Source: Guillardia theta CCMP2712
Taxonomy: Eukaryota > Protista > Cryptophyta
Assembly (NCBI RefSeq): GCF_000315625.1
Contig: NW_005434507.1
Span: forward strand, 1-53,532
Length of the DNA: 53,532 nt
Direction of reading: 5' to 3'
The notes beneath the pieces were generated by a model. That model was not told the DNA's origin. It was given only the letters and a program-made list of their open reading frames with translations, and made no database searches. Below are positions 11,337-23,400 of this stretch, piece by piece (positions within the stretch are counted from its first letter, which is position 1; each line of letters begins with the position of its first letter). Position numbers and translations under genes: made by a program.

Positions 11337-11960
11337 TCAGCCAGGGAGCTTGAGAGCTGTGCTGGTCGGCGGGGGCTCCTCCTTGAGACGCTCCTCCTTG
11401 GCGATGTTGTCGAGGATCTCGTTGCGGCTCCTGACCACGAGCCCTCGAGCCGTCGCCATGACCCCCCTCGCGTACTCCGGCCTCAGCACCTTGCAGATCG
11501 CTGGCCGGCTCTTCCCGTACATCCTTGACAGGTCCTGCTGTCGTATCGCCCGTCGGTGCTTGGTCGTGGTCGGGGCGGAGTAGTAGAGGCAGACGATGTC
11601 GAGCTTCTCCTGCGCGGTCAGCCGGCTCCTGCCCCTGCACGCCGAGCTGTGCTTGCTCCGCGCCGCCGCGTCCCAGCGGCCGGTCTCCGACCCCCAGCTC
11701 GCGTCTACGGGAGCCGCGAGGGAGTCGAGGGAGGGGTCGTCGGGCCAGAACAGACAGTCGGGGGCATCGACGGGCCAGGAAGCGTCCTCAGGGAGGAGGG
11801 GGAGGTGAAGCACACTGCAAGGCGACAGGCAGCGGTCATCACTGGTAGAAGCGGAGGGGTCTGGGACGTCGACGGGGTCGATGGGGAGGAGGAAGAAGGG
11901 GTGGAAGGAGGGGTCTTGAGGGAGGAAGGAAGGGAGGAGGGAGGGTAGAGATGGGAGCAT
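11337..11960 (-). CDS. HTH family copy 5, subfamily II, intact 207-aa protein with a CENP-B-N/psq-like HTH
   Basis: Open ATG-TGA frame: Pro/Ser/Asp-rich N-terminus, then SRLTAQEKLDIVCLYY...QQDLSRMYGKSRPAICKVLR. Confidence 0.8.
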   Translation of the reverse strand: MLPSLPSLLPSFLPQDPSFHPFFLLPIDPVDVPDPSASTSDDRCLSPCSVLHLPLLPEDASWPVDAPDCLFWPDDPSLDSLAAPVDASWGSETGRWDAAARSKHSSACRGRSRLTAQEKLDIVCLYYSAPTTTKHRRAIRQQDLSRMYGKSRPAICKVLRPEYARGVMATARGLVVRSRNEILDNIAKEERLKEEPPPTSTALKLPG

Positions 11961-12676
11961 GGCAGGAGCTGCGGAGGGAGGGGGAGGAGGTTTTGAAGGA
12001 GGTAGCAGGGGGGAGGTACACTCCCCAACTCCGACGACCCGCGGACCCCCACCTCCTCAGAGGCCATCAAGCAGCACCGGTGAGTACTTTCAACATGTTC
12101 TTCATCCCTCGACTCGATCGGTCCCCGTACCCCCGTACCCCCGTACCCCCTTCCCCCTCCTTGGTAGAGCCCGGGTAAAAAGGGGGTGGGGGTCTGCCAT
12201 GGCCCCGGCCGTTATTTTATTTTCCCCTTGTCCCCCGATCCGTGGACCCCCACCTCCTCGAGCCCATCACCAAGGACCGGTGAGTACTTTTGCGACTTTT
12301 ATCCCCTGGTGGATTATAAGAAGTACACTTCTTGTTTTCGAGATCTTCCTGCCGCACCCCCTTTGATCCACCTTGTAGAGGGGGTGGAGGTACCGGGACA
12401 AGGCCGGGGCAACAAGACGACTGCCTGGCTCCCTCCTCGTCTTCTCCCTCGTTCCCGTCGCTTGTGCCTTGCTCGTGCTCGACTCAAGACACGCCGTGGA
12501 GCCCTAACAAGCGAGCTGAGAACCAATCTGCTTGCTCTCACTCCCTCCAGGCATGGGAGCAGGTAGGGCCGTCAGAGCCGGCTGAGCAGGAGCGTCCCTT
12601 TATTTGTGTTGGAACCTTTCCGTTATATCATACCTACCACATGGCAGAATTTATGCGTTCATTCTGTCTGAGTTTC

Positions 12677-13116
12677 TGAAAGATGTTTTAAGTGGTGAAA
12701 GATGTTTTAAGTGGTGAAAGATGTTTTAAGTTGTGAAAGATGTTTTAAGTTGTGAAAGATGTTTTAAGTTAGTTGTGAAAGATGTTTTAAGTTGTGAAAG
12801 ATGTTTTAAGTTAGTTGTGTAAGATGTTTTAAGTTAGTTGTGAAAGATGTTTTAAGTGGTGAAAGATGTTTTAAGTTGTGAAAGATGTTTTAAGTTGTGA
12901 AAGATGTTTTAAGTTGTGAAAGATAGTTGTGAAAGATGTTTTAAGTTGTGAAAGATGTTTTAAGTTGTGTAAGATGTTTTAAGTTAGTTGTGAAAGATGT
13001 TTTAAGTTAGTTGTGAAAGATGTTTTAAGTTAGTTGTGAAAGATGTTTTAAGTTGTGAAAGATGTTTTAAGTTAGTTGTGAAAGATGTTTTAAGTTGTGA
13101 AAGATGTTTTAAGTTG
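12677..13116. repeat. 19/23-bp AT-rich minisatellite, about 22 units
   Basis: Unit TGAAAGATGTTTTAAGTTG with variants ending ...AAGTTAGTTG and ...AAGTGG. Confidence 0.95.
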
Positions 13117-13456
13117 CGTCGCCCTCTGAATAACGATGGACTCCTGGACCGCATCACGGGAGAGGTGGGCCCCAGCTGCCGGGAGTTGACGCTCTAGATT
13201 CTTCTATGTAGAGCAGACAATACGGACTCTGAGTGATATCCATGGTCCGTACTCCAGGAATACAAGAGAGAGGATCGGGACTTTTCCAGGGTCAGAGATG
13301 CGACTCATCCTCCCAGTACTTGTATTGTGCAGCTTCACAGTCTCGTGTGCTGGTAGTTCGACCACTCCCTTGCCTCACTCGTACACGCGCATCCGATATC
13401 GATTGACTTGACGGTAGTTCCTGCCGTGTCCCGGGCGAAAAGAGAAGCTTCACCCG

Positions 13457-14137
13457 ATGACTCATGTTATCTCAACCCGGCAGTTACGATCACTATGGAG
13501 CGATAAACTGACTCGTAAGGCCTCAATGGCATCATCTAAACACCTCGACCCCTTCCTCCTGACTTCTTCTCCCTCCCCCTCCCCTGCTCCTGCGGTGCCC
13601 CTCGCCCACACGACGACGGCCCCTGCCTCTTCTGCTCCTCGACTCAAGCTGACCCCCTCCCTGAGCAAGCGGACGCTGAGGAGGAGCGGCTGTCCTCGCC
13701 TTCCCCCGACGACTCTGCGGGGCAGAGCCGTTGCTCGGACCTCCTCCTCGCCTCCCAAACGGCTCGGACCTCCTCCTCGCCTCCCAAGGACCCACAGCCA
13801 GGCCTGCACGGGCAAGAGCCGGCTGAGCGCGCAGGAGAGGCTCGACATCGTGTGCATGTTCTACTCGGCGCAAGCGACGACAAGCTGCCGGAGGACGGTG
13901 CACCAGTGGGACATCGCCAAGGCGTACGGGAAGAGCCGGGCGGCGATCAGCAAGGTGCTGAAGCCGGAGTACGCGCTAGGGGTGATGAAGACGGCGGAGG
14001 GGCTACAAATGAAGGGGCGGACTATGGTGCTGAGAGCCATCAGGGAAGAGTCGAAGAAGAAGAAAATGCAGCGGCAGCATCAGCAGCAGAAACAGAAGGG
14101 AGACACTCATGAAAAAGCTCGCCAGAAAAGAACATGA
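13457..14137 (+). CDS. HTH family copy 6, subfamily I; intact HTH, N-terminus read in an alternative frame
   Basis: 226-aa ORF with KSRLSAQERLDIVCMFY...HQWDIAKAYGKSRAAISKVLKPEY; C-terminus identical to copy 8. Confidence 0.7.
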   Translation: MTHVISTRQLRSLWSDKLTRKASMASSKHLDPFLLTSSPSPSPAPAVPLAHTTTAPASSAPRLKLTPSLSKRTLRRSGCPRLPPTTLRGRAVARTSSSPPKRLGPPPRLPRTHSQACTGKSRLSAQERLDIVCMFYSAQATTSCRRTVHQWDIAKAYGKSRAAISKVLKPEYALGVMKTAEGLQMKGRTMVLRAIREESKKKKMQRQHQQQKQKGDTHEKARQKRT

Positions 14138-15118
14138 AGATTATCTTTGCCTTGAACGATAGAATCTGGAGTAACAGAATCTGGAGATGTTGACTTGCCT
14201 GATCATATCACTTGCCAGATCCGATAGATATGTTTGAGCATCTGTATTAAATACTCGATTGTAGCAATCAGTATCAGTCCAATGCAAACAGCTGTTACCA
14301 CTTCTGCCTGATTGCACCATTGAACCATATGCATTCATGAAGGTTCCAGTTTCAGGCAAAGTTATTGAGCAATTTTTTTCCGCATCGGCGGATGTTACTC
14401 GATAAACGTCTCAGTTTGGCTCAGATGGAGGGACTTGTGTTGATGTCAAATCTCGAACATCTGTTGCGATGGACTCTCAGGCAAGGTGCATCACACAATC
14501 GCCGAGTGTGAAAAGGCAGCGTTGGATGGTATCTCGGCCTCGCAAGACGTCTCAGGTGATCCGACCTGTAAACGCACGCTGCCCAGGATCTCTTTCGTCA
14601 GGTCAAGGCCTCCCTGTCCTTGGCTGCTATCATCGCGGTTTCGTTCCGGGTGATCACATGGGGAACACAGCAGTATCGGCAGGATGAGGGTAAACCCTAG
14701 GTCAGACAGAGTGGAAAAGACGTGATTTCGCACGAAGTTTACTCGTCCAGTGTATAACATTATAAAGCCTACTTTTTCTTTTCCTTTGCTCGGCTCTACC
14801 CCCCTCCTCCGCATATCGTGACAGTGGGGTGGAGGATAAGATATCTGACAGACAGAGAGGACCAGCAAGCCTACGAAAGCAAACATTCCACACACGCTCT
14901 TGTGATTTTACTGGTCATTGCTCCTGGGGGTGGAGAGGGATGGGGTTGTGTGTCGGGGTGGGGTGGGGTGGGGTGGGGTGGGGTGGGGTGGGTTGGGGGG
15001 AGGTAGGGTGTATACTTTCGGTAGTCAGGATCGCGGGTGAAAAGACTCGATCTCGAATGTTCAGGAGAGGGTCACCCAGGAAGGTGGGGTAGGGGGTGGA
15101 GTGACCAGAAAGCCCTCC

Positions 15119-15542
15119 ATGGCACCTCCCGCATACGCCCCTTCCTCCTACGATGACTCCTTGTATCTCCTCTCCTCCTTTCCCCTCCCTCCTGACTTCT
15201 TCTCCCTCCCCATCGAACCTTGCTGCTGCGGTGTCGAGCCTCGATGCCCGCAGACAGACCCACAGCCAGGCCTGCACGGGCAAGAGCCGGCTGAGCGTGC
15301 AGGAGAAGCTCGACATCGTGTGCATGTTCTACTCGGCGCCAGCGACGACGAGCTGCCGGAGGACGGTGCACCAGTGGGACATCGCCAAGGCGTACGGGAA
15401 GAGCCGGGCGGCGATCAGCAAGGTGCTGAAGCCCGAGGATCGCGAGGAGGGTGATGATGACGAAGGAGGGGGTGGAAGTGCCAGAGCGGGATCTTGTGCT
15501 GCCTGGAGGATCAGAAAGGAGGGAGCAAGGAGAGAGACATGA
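15119..15542 (+). pseudogene. HTH family copy 7, subfamily I, frameshifted 5' part and diverged 3' part
   Basis: MAPPAY...FPLPPDFFSLP in one frame and the HTH (SRLSVQEKLDIVCMFY...AAISKVLKPE) in another; similarity is lost after KPE. Confidence 0.65.
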
Positions 15543-15748
15543 GAGCTGCTGCATTCTTAGTCGCAGTAAGTACATAGAGAGACGATGTCTTGATATCTCA
15601 GAACGTACAAGATAAAAATAGAAGTGATAAGTCGTGCGTACCAGAAGACCTTCACCCCTGGATGCGCCTTATCACGCAGCAGGCTTGTAGCTCCACTGAT
15701 ATCTGTGATGAATTCAGCATCTCAGAGGAATGATTAGACAGATCTTTC

Positions 15749-15889
15749 AGCTCTTCCTGCTCTTCCTGCTCTTCCTGCTCTTCCTGCTCTTCCTGCTCTT
15801 CCTGCTCTTCCTGCTCTTCCAGATCTTCCAGATCTTCCTGCTCTTCCAGATCTTCCTGATCTTCCTGATCTTCCTGCTCTTCCTGCTCT
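15749..15889. repeat. 9-bp tandem repeat (GCTCTTCCT / GATCTTCCA variants)
   Basis: Directly visible. Confidence 0.9.
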
Positions 15890-16501
15890 TGACCTCCTCT
15901 TCTCCTTCCAGATTTTGGTAAGTCAGTATTGGTGACAAGGTCTCCAAACAAACTTCTTCAAATCTTTCCATGTCATTGGGAGAATCAGTTCGCCGTTCTC
16001 ATCGACAGCCCTGGGATTCACTTTGAGTAACAGACGCACGATCCTATTGGTCGTCGTTGTCGCTCCTGCAACATGGCGTCATTGTTTACTCTCAAATGTC
16101 ACCATGAGTCAGCATTATAGCGTGGTGCAACCTTATTAGAGTGCGCTTTGCACAACTATTTTGACGATTCTTTTCTTTCAGTGCACCATACATAAATAAT
16201 TAGCTTTTATTCCTCGAGTTGAACATTCTTCAGGGGTTCTCCGACACTTTTCAGCAACCACTGGTTTAAAGCCGCAACCCCCTTGTAAAGTAACCACCCT
16301 ACCCCATACTACAACAGCGACGGACATCGCACACTTTGAAAAATTTACCCACCCCCCACCCAGGGGCATACAGCTTACATGTATGTTTAGAGCCAAGAGC
16401 ACGAAACAACACCTCGTGCCGCGCCTCCGAGACCAAGGAAGAGGAGCAGCATCGGAAGAGGCAGAACAACTTTGTCTTTCTTCGTTCTCTGTCTTCTCAA
16501 C

Positions 16502-17203
16502 ATGGAGTTCCTCTGCCTGCCTCCCGCTACCGACGAGTCTTCGCACGCGCCTTCCTCTCTTTCCATCCCTTCCCCTCTCGATCTCGACCTCCCCTGCTCC
16601 TTCTTCCCCGACCCCTGCTCCTTTTTCCTCCCTCCCCTCAGCTTCCCATGCCCTTGCGGTGCCCCATTCCTCGACGACTCTGGCCCGTGCCTCTTCTGCG
16701 GACTGTTCTCCACTCGAACTGACAATTCTCTTCATGCGGACCCTCAAGAAGACATGGTGTGCTTGGCTTCCTCGATAAAACCTCAGGCCAGCCCTTGCTC
16801 GGACCTCCTCCTCGCCCCCCAAGACAGACCCCGCTGGGACGCCGACGCCCGCAGGACCCACAGCCAGGCCTGCACGGGCAAGAGCCGGCTGAGCGCGCAG
16901 GAGAAGCTCGACATCGTGTGCATGTTCTACTCGGCGCCAGCGTCGACGAGGTGCCGGAGGACGGTGCACCAGTGGGACATCGCCAAGGCGTACGGGAAGA
17001 GCCGGGCGGCGATCAGCAAGGTGCTGAAGCCGGAGTACGCGCTAGGGGTGATGAAGACGGCGGAGGGGCTACAAATGAAGGGGCGGACTATGGTGCTGAG
17101 AGCCATCAGGGAAGAGTCGAAGAAGAAGAAAATGCAGCGGCAGCATCAGCAGCAGAAACAGAAGGGAGACACTCATGAAAAAGCTCGCCAGAAAAGAACA
17201 TGA
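16502..17203 (+). CDS. HTH family copy 8, subfamily I, intact (~233 aa)
   Basis: Open frame from ATG 16502: RWDADARRTHSQACTGKSRLSAQEKLDIVCMFY...HQWDIAKAYGKSRAAISKVLK, then a basic/Gln-rich tail. Confidence 0.8.
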   Translation: MEFLCLPPATDESSHAPSSLSIPSPLDLDLPCSFFPDPCSFFLPPLSFPCPCGAPFLDDSGPCLFCGLFSTRTDNSLHADPQEDMVCLASSIKPQASPCSDLLLAPQDRPRWDADARRTHSQACTGKSRLSAQEKLDIVCMFYSAPASTRCRRTVHQWDIAKAYGKSRAAISKVLKPEYALGVMKTAEGLQMKGRTMVLRAIREESKKKKMQRQHQQQKQKGDTHEKARQKRT

Positions 17204-17739
17204 AGATTATCTTTGCCTTGAACGATAGAATCTGGTCTGCAACAATCCATCCTGACCTTGCAAGATTGACTTGCCCGATCATGTCACTTGCCAGATCCGA
17301 TAGATATGTTTCAGCATTTTTACAGCATTTGTATTAAATACTCGATTGTAGCAATCAGTATCAGTCCAATGCAAACAGCTGTTACCACTTCTGCCTGATT
17401 GCACCATTGAACCATATGCATTCATGAAGTTTCCTGTAGTTTGGTGCACAGGGATTGAGCAATTTTTTCCGCATCGGCGGATGTAACTCGATAATCTTCC
17501 AAGTTTGGCTCAGATGGAGGGACTCGTGTTGATGTCAAATCTCGAACATCTGTTGCGATGGACTCTCAGGCAAGGTGCATCACACAATCGCCGAGTGTGA
17601 AAAGGCCCTCGCAAGACGTCTCAGGTGATCCGACTTGCAAACGCATCCGGTCCAGGATCGCGAGGAGGGTGATGAAGTTTTGATCGTTTATCGACCGATT
17701 GAAGTTTCGATTTGAACTTTTACTCAAGTTGATAATTCT

Positions 17740-18234
17740 TGAAAGTATCCACCCCACCCCCTTTATTGTGATAGAAGTAAATAGATAGGGGTTCTCAGTC
17801 AAAGTACTGACCCCTACCCGGGGGTCCTCGGATTGTAGATGCAATCTGGCATAAGAAGGGGTACGGGGCTCCACCCATCCAGCCTCGGCGACAACACAAT
17901 GAGGTACCGTCCATCCCCACCCCACCGGGCCCACCACACCACACCCCTCCTTCATCAGACTGAAAAACACTCTTGAAGGCAAAGATAAATCACGTGTTCT
18001 TTTTTAGTTGGAAACATTCTTTTTAAATCTGATAAAAAAAGGCGGAATCCTGGGGAGGTAGGGTCTTAAGTGATCCGGTCTTATCCGGTGAAAGTATCCA
18101 CCCCACCCCCTTTATTGTGATAGAAGTAAATAGATAGGGGTTCTCAGTCAAAGTACTGACCCCTACCCGGGGGCCCTCGGATTGTAGATGCAACCTGGCA
18201 TAAGAAGGGGTACGGGGCTCCACCCATCCAGCCT
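17740..18234. repeat. Pair of ~145-bp direct repeats (17740-17885 and 18089-18234) separated by ~200 bp
   Basis: TGAAAGTATCCACCCCACCCCC...CTCCACCCATCCAGCCT occurs twice, with about 2 mismatches seen. Confidence 0.9.
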
Positions 18235-18819
18235 GGGACAACAACCTCAACTGGCAAAAAAAAACTTGCCGGCAGGGCCGGCACTCCGGCATATCCCGAG
18301 TCCGACCCGCCGCGGGCGATGTGAGGGGCCTGGGTGCCTCCTCGACTCTCGGCATGAGGGTTAAAGGCCAACTTGTTGGCGGCCCCCGGGCCTCAGGGCC
18401 TCGGGCGCGGGCGGCACTGCGGCATATCCGAGGAGTCCGCCGGAGCGGCCGGGAGCGACACCGGGGCCTGCCAGTCCCCGGGCATGGATCATCACCGTGC
18501 CTGTGTGTCATGGGGCCCAGCGTGCGGGCTGCCGGGCCGCGGCCAGCTCCAACTGGCAAGCGGATGTCCGACGGCCTGGAGTGAGACTCGGTGAGCATGA
18601 TCTGCCCGGTAGTCAGAGCTGCCACACGGCCTGTGACAGTCGACTGGGCGCCCGTTGAAACTTGTAACGCCGGGCCGGGCGGCCAACTTACGGTCCGCGG
18701 GCTAGGAAAGACTGAGTACAATGATGATCGGTGACATGCCATGACGGAGAGGGCAGGGCCTCGGAAAGTTTACCCTGAAAGTTTACAAGCAGAAAGGTTG
18801 CAGTTTTATCAGGAGGAAA

Positions 18820-20357
18820 CACTACTTGAAGCCCAGCACTTCAGGGTAGATCGTCACTGTGAGGAGAGAATCTTGCTGTAACATTTAACCATGCATCCAC
18901 GATGAATACCAATAGGATCACAAACTCTAGGATCACAAACTTTGTTCTTCGAGAAGAGCAACAACCTTTGAAAGCACTCAGGTTGAAGAAGAATGAAACG
19001 CCGTTTGCAAACTTAGACTTGCTCTTTCCAATCTGGCTTGATGGAGGACACAGGCCCCTCATGATCTCAGTGAAGTAATTCCGGTCCTACAAGCATACAA
19101 CCGTCAATGCTAGCCAGCAGTCTGATAAGAAATCCTTTCAGCCTCGTCACTCTGTACCTGAAAGATTGCCCTTCTCCTTCTACCATCTTCAAACTGTCCT
19201 GCTCGTCGTCGCTCCTCGGAAAGACTGCAAAAACAGCCTTGAAACTGTGTGCTTGCTTCCGCCATATAGGTGATGGCCAAAAGCAGAGTGACTGCTCCTG
19301 AGCCTCTGTATCGTGCGTTAGCGTGATGGTTTCTGCGTTCCAGGTCCTGTTGCGATCCTCGTTGAAAAAATGAAGAGCGTTGAAAACTTCAGATGTGAGT
19401 CTTTCGCGTCACATTTGTGTGTGCAAGGCAGTATAAAGACGGTAGAAAGACGGTAGAAAGACGGTAGAAAGACGGTAGAAAGACGGTAGAAAGACGGTAG
19501 AAAGACGGTAGAAAGACGGTAGAAAGACGGTAGAAAGACGGTAGAAAGACGGTAGAAAGACGGTAGAAAGACGGTAGAAAGACGGTAGAAAGACGGTAGA
19601 AAGACGGTAGAAAGACGGTAGAAAGACTCTTGCAGGGCTGTTGAAAGATGATGCGAAGAAAGCAAAGAATAGAGAGTGAGTGTAGGGAGACAGTGAGCAG
19701 AGCGTATGAAGAGGAGATCGTACATTCATACAGTAAATACTGTTGGAGTGTTTAGACTGTTGGAGATTCAAGGGAGTCTCTATGGAGATAGAATAGGGAT
19801 TGCAATAGGAATGTGATGCAGTACACGAAGAAGGCAAGGGTAAGAGTGTGTCATAGTACGCGCACAAGACTAGGATGGGCTTGAGAAGGTCGTTGGCAGC
19901 CGGGGAGCGGAGGAGAGGGGCGATGAGCAGGGCGTGGGAGGGAGATGGAGCGGACATACAAAACATGTCCAGGGGTGGTCACACGAGCATGCAAATCCTT
20001 AACTCAAGATTCTTCTGAGCGAAGTCAACGACAGGAGGACCTTCTTGTCGTCACGCAGTGGGAGCGATGTTGTATTCTGGACTCATACCGGACGCCCCTT
20101 GGACGTAGCGTAGGGAAATAGGATGACGATGCAGATTCCTGCAGTGGTGCTGCTGATCTGATGAGTGTGTGTGCTTAATAAACAGTGATCCTAAGATCAT
20201 CTGAGCTCAAGGTCTTACGCAAGGTTGTGTATACAACAAAACCGAACCTTGACGAAGCAGTGTGCGATTTTTTCAGGGGTAGGTATTTTGAGTGGTAGGT
20301 ATCAGCACTGCTGGACTTGACAAGGCAATCGGATATCTCAGAGTACATTATCATCAC
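18820..20357 (-). CDS. Probable spliced gene of unknown function
   Basis: Exon-like open blocks with GT-AG borders: EQSLCFWPSPIWRKQAHSFKAVFAVFP...GQSFR | DRNYFTEIMRGLCPPSSQIGKSKSKFANGVSFFFNLSAFK; further candidate exons near 20090-20350. Confidence 0.35.
19435..19627. repeat. 11-bp perfect tandem repeat (AAAGACGGTAG), about 17 copies
   Basis: Directly visible. Confidence 0.95.
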
Positions 20358-20453
20358 TTGAAAGAATAAGAGTAAGAAACCCCTCCCCTTCCCAGCCCGC
20401 GCCGAGCTGCTTCAGCCTGTCTTTTCCAAGCTCTTGGCCTCAGTCTTGTCGAG

Positions 20454-23400
20454 TCATTCCTTGCCCTCCCCGGGCTCATAGTGGGTCAAGTGGGAGAGTT
20501 CTGCGGTGAGGTTCTCCGCTGACACCAAGTCACTTGTAGCTGGAGACGGGAAGGTGGAGGAGAGGAAGGAGGAAGAGGAACAGAAAGAGCAGAGCTACAC
20601 GGGGCAGAGAGAGGGAGAGCAGAGAGAGGGAGAGCAGTGAGAGGGAGAGCAGAGAGAGGGAGAGCAGTGAGAAGCACAGAGGAAGTGGAGGAAGAAGGAA
20701 AGGAGGATGGGATGCGACGTCCTTCGTCGCATCCCCCCATGGGATGCGACGTCGCAAGGAGGAGGACGAAGGAGGAGAGGTGGGGGGGGGGGAGGAACGA
20801 AGAACAAGAGAGGAGGGTTCATTACCGGCAGCCAGCGACGCAGCCTTTCCTTCATGATCTCCAACCTGAAACAAAGTCCGGCTTCATTCAACCAGCCAGT
20901 GAGGCATCAACGTCCGGAGGTCAGGGGGCGTACCATACGGATGAAGGAGTGCTGAAGTACGGCAGCTAGGAACAAGAAAACGGAGCACATGGCAAAAACG
21001 ACGTTGTCGGAGATGCTGCAAGGACGATAAGAGGTGTATTGGAGCGCGCGCGACTACACATAGCAGGAAGAGAGAAAGGATGCAGGGGGAGGGGGAGGGA
21101 GGGAAGAGAAGGAGGGAGAAGGGAAGTGGGAGATGGGGAATGGGAGAATAAGGAGAATGTAACGAAGAGAGTGGACGAGGGAGAAGGGAGAACAGAGGGA
21201 GAAACAGGAGGAGCGAGAGGCAACAAGAGGAGGTAGGAGATCCTTTGGTGGGTGGGTGAGAAAGTGTGAGCAATGTGAGGGAGGGGAGGAGAGAGGGAGG
21301 GGGGAGAGGAGAAGGAAGGGGAAGAGAGAGAGGAGGAGGAAGGGGAGGAGTTCAAACCTGCCAAGGTTGGCGAGGACAGCGACTACGATGACGTTGAGGG
21401 GGATGCGAAAGATGTTGTAGATGGTCGCCCGGACCTGATCCAAACGTCAATATCGCCAACCAAGTCTCATCCACTGTCATAGCAAGAGGCCATCCCTTGC
21501 TCAGTCCTCTTCCTCCCTCTCCCTCCCCCTCTCCCCCCCCTCGCTGCTGTCCTCCCTGCACTCCTTGACTTCTATACTCCTTCCCCTCTCTTCGTCTTCC
21601 AATGTTTCCCTCCCTCCTCCTCCTCCTTCACGCTGCTCCTCTAGGAAACTGACCTCCTCAGGAACATACTTCGACTTGACAATGCCGATACTGGGGAAGT
21701 AGAGCCCGCAGCACCACTCTGACCACCCTCTAGTCAAACTCGATTGACACCCAACCGTTGACAGTCGGAACGCACCGAACACGAAGAAGCAGGAGACGGT
21801 GGAGTACCCCTCTTGCAGCCCGAGGGCAGGGATCTGTCAAAGTGCGTACGAGTCAAACGGCAGGCGGATTTTGACAAGCGGCGGTAACTACCGCCATCAT
21901 GATCCCAGAGATTATGTAGAGCTCCCTCAGGTACCTAACAGGTGGTTGCCAGCTGGACAGGTACTTCAAAGAGCTGATGGAGAAATGCGTCAGGGGGGAT
22001 CAAGATCATGCAGCTGCTGTGCACAGCTTTGAATTCTCGTCCTGCACCAGCACCAGCACCAGCACCAGCACCACCTCCTCCTACTACTCTTACTACTCTC
22101 CTTTCCCTTCGCTCCGGCCTTATCCTCCCCCTCTCCCTGCGTCTGTCTCTGCCTCTGCCTCTCTCTCTCTCTCTCTCTATCACTTCATATGATCCTCCCT
22201 CCTCCATATCTCATCACCTTGACCCCAACATCATGCAGGCCATGAAGCATCCGAAGACCCGGCCGTGAGGGAGGGGCTTGAAGAACGCTTCTGCAGGTCT
22301 GGAGTTAGACCACAGGGGGGAGACAAGGTTGTCTGGTTACCTAACTTTGGCGTCCACATGAAGACAAAGATGTACATGGCTCCTTCGAAGAGGCTCTGTT
22401 GAATTCGTCATCGTTGTCGACGACGTTACGATCATTATCATCGTTTTCTTCTTCTGAATCACTATCATCATCTTCTTCTGAATCATCATCATCTCAATCT
22501 CCATCATAATCATCATCATTATCTCCATCATCATACTACTGATCCAGCATTTTGCAACCCGCTCATTTCACCTGTATCATCCCCAGAACTGCTATCTTGG
22601 GATCTCGGCGCATTCTTTCAAGCGCCACCTTCAACTTATTCCGATCGTCATTCTAGTCAAACGAGTCAAAAATTCCTCACTGCCAGCAACGTTTCTGCTG
22701 TGTCATCACCTTGCCAGAGGGAAGGACCATGCCTCCCATGCCAGCATCTCCTTTGTTCTCCTGTTGCAACACTCATCCCCCTCCCCTCCCCTCCCTTCCC
22801 TTCCTCTCCTTCTCTGCCCTTCTCCTCCCCTCCCCCTCTTCCCTTCCCTTCCCTTCCCTTCCTTTACCCTTCCCTCCCTTCTGCTCCCCTCTGCTCTCCA
22901 CTATCTCCCGTTCGCTCTCCTCTCCACCATGTCTGCTCTAATATGCTCTCCTCCCTGCCCCCTCCCTGCCCCTTCCGTGGCTCTGCTCCCTCCTCTCCCT
23001 TCTGCTCCTCCCCCTCCCGCTGCTCCTCTCCCTCCTTGCATCTCCTCGTTCCTCTCTGACCTGCCATTTCCAAGCGATTGTGATTGAGGATGCGATGAGG
23101 AAGACGATGGCAAGGTCGAAAGGAGCCACCTGCAGAGAAAATTTCACATATAATCGAGTTGGGTTTGAAGATTGGTCTTGAGATTTGAAATGTTGCTTAC
23201 CAGGCTGTCGAATGTATCACGGACGAAGCCCCCGAGCCACCCAGACGCGATGGCCGTGATAGCATTGCCAACCGTCGCGATGGAAAAAGTCTGCGACAAT
23301 TTTCAAATCTCCTCCTCCTCCTCCTCCTCCTCCTCCACTCTCATTTTCACAAATGCCTACCTCTTACCCNNNNNNNNNNNNNNNNNNNNNNNNNNNNNNN

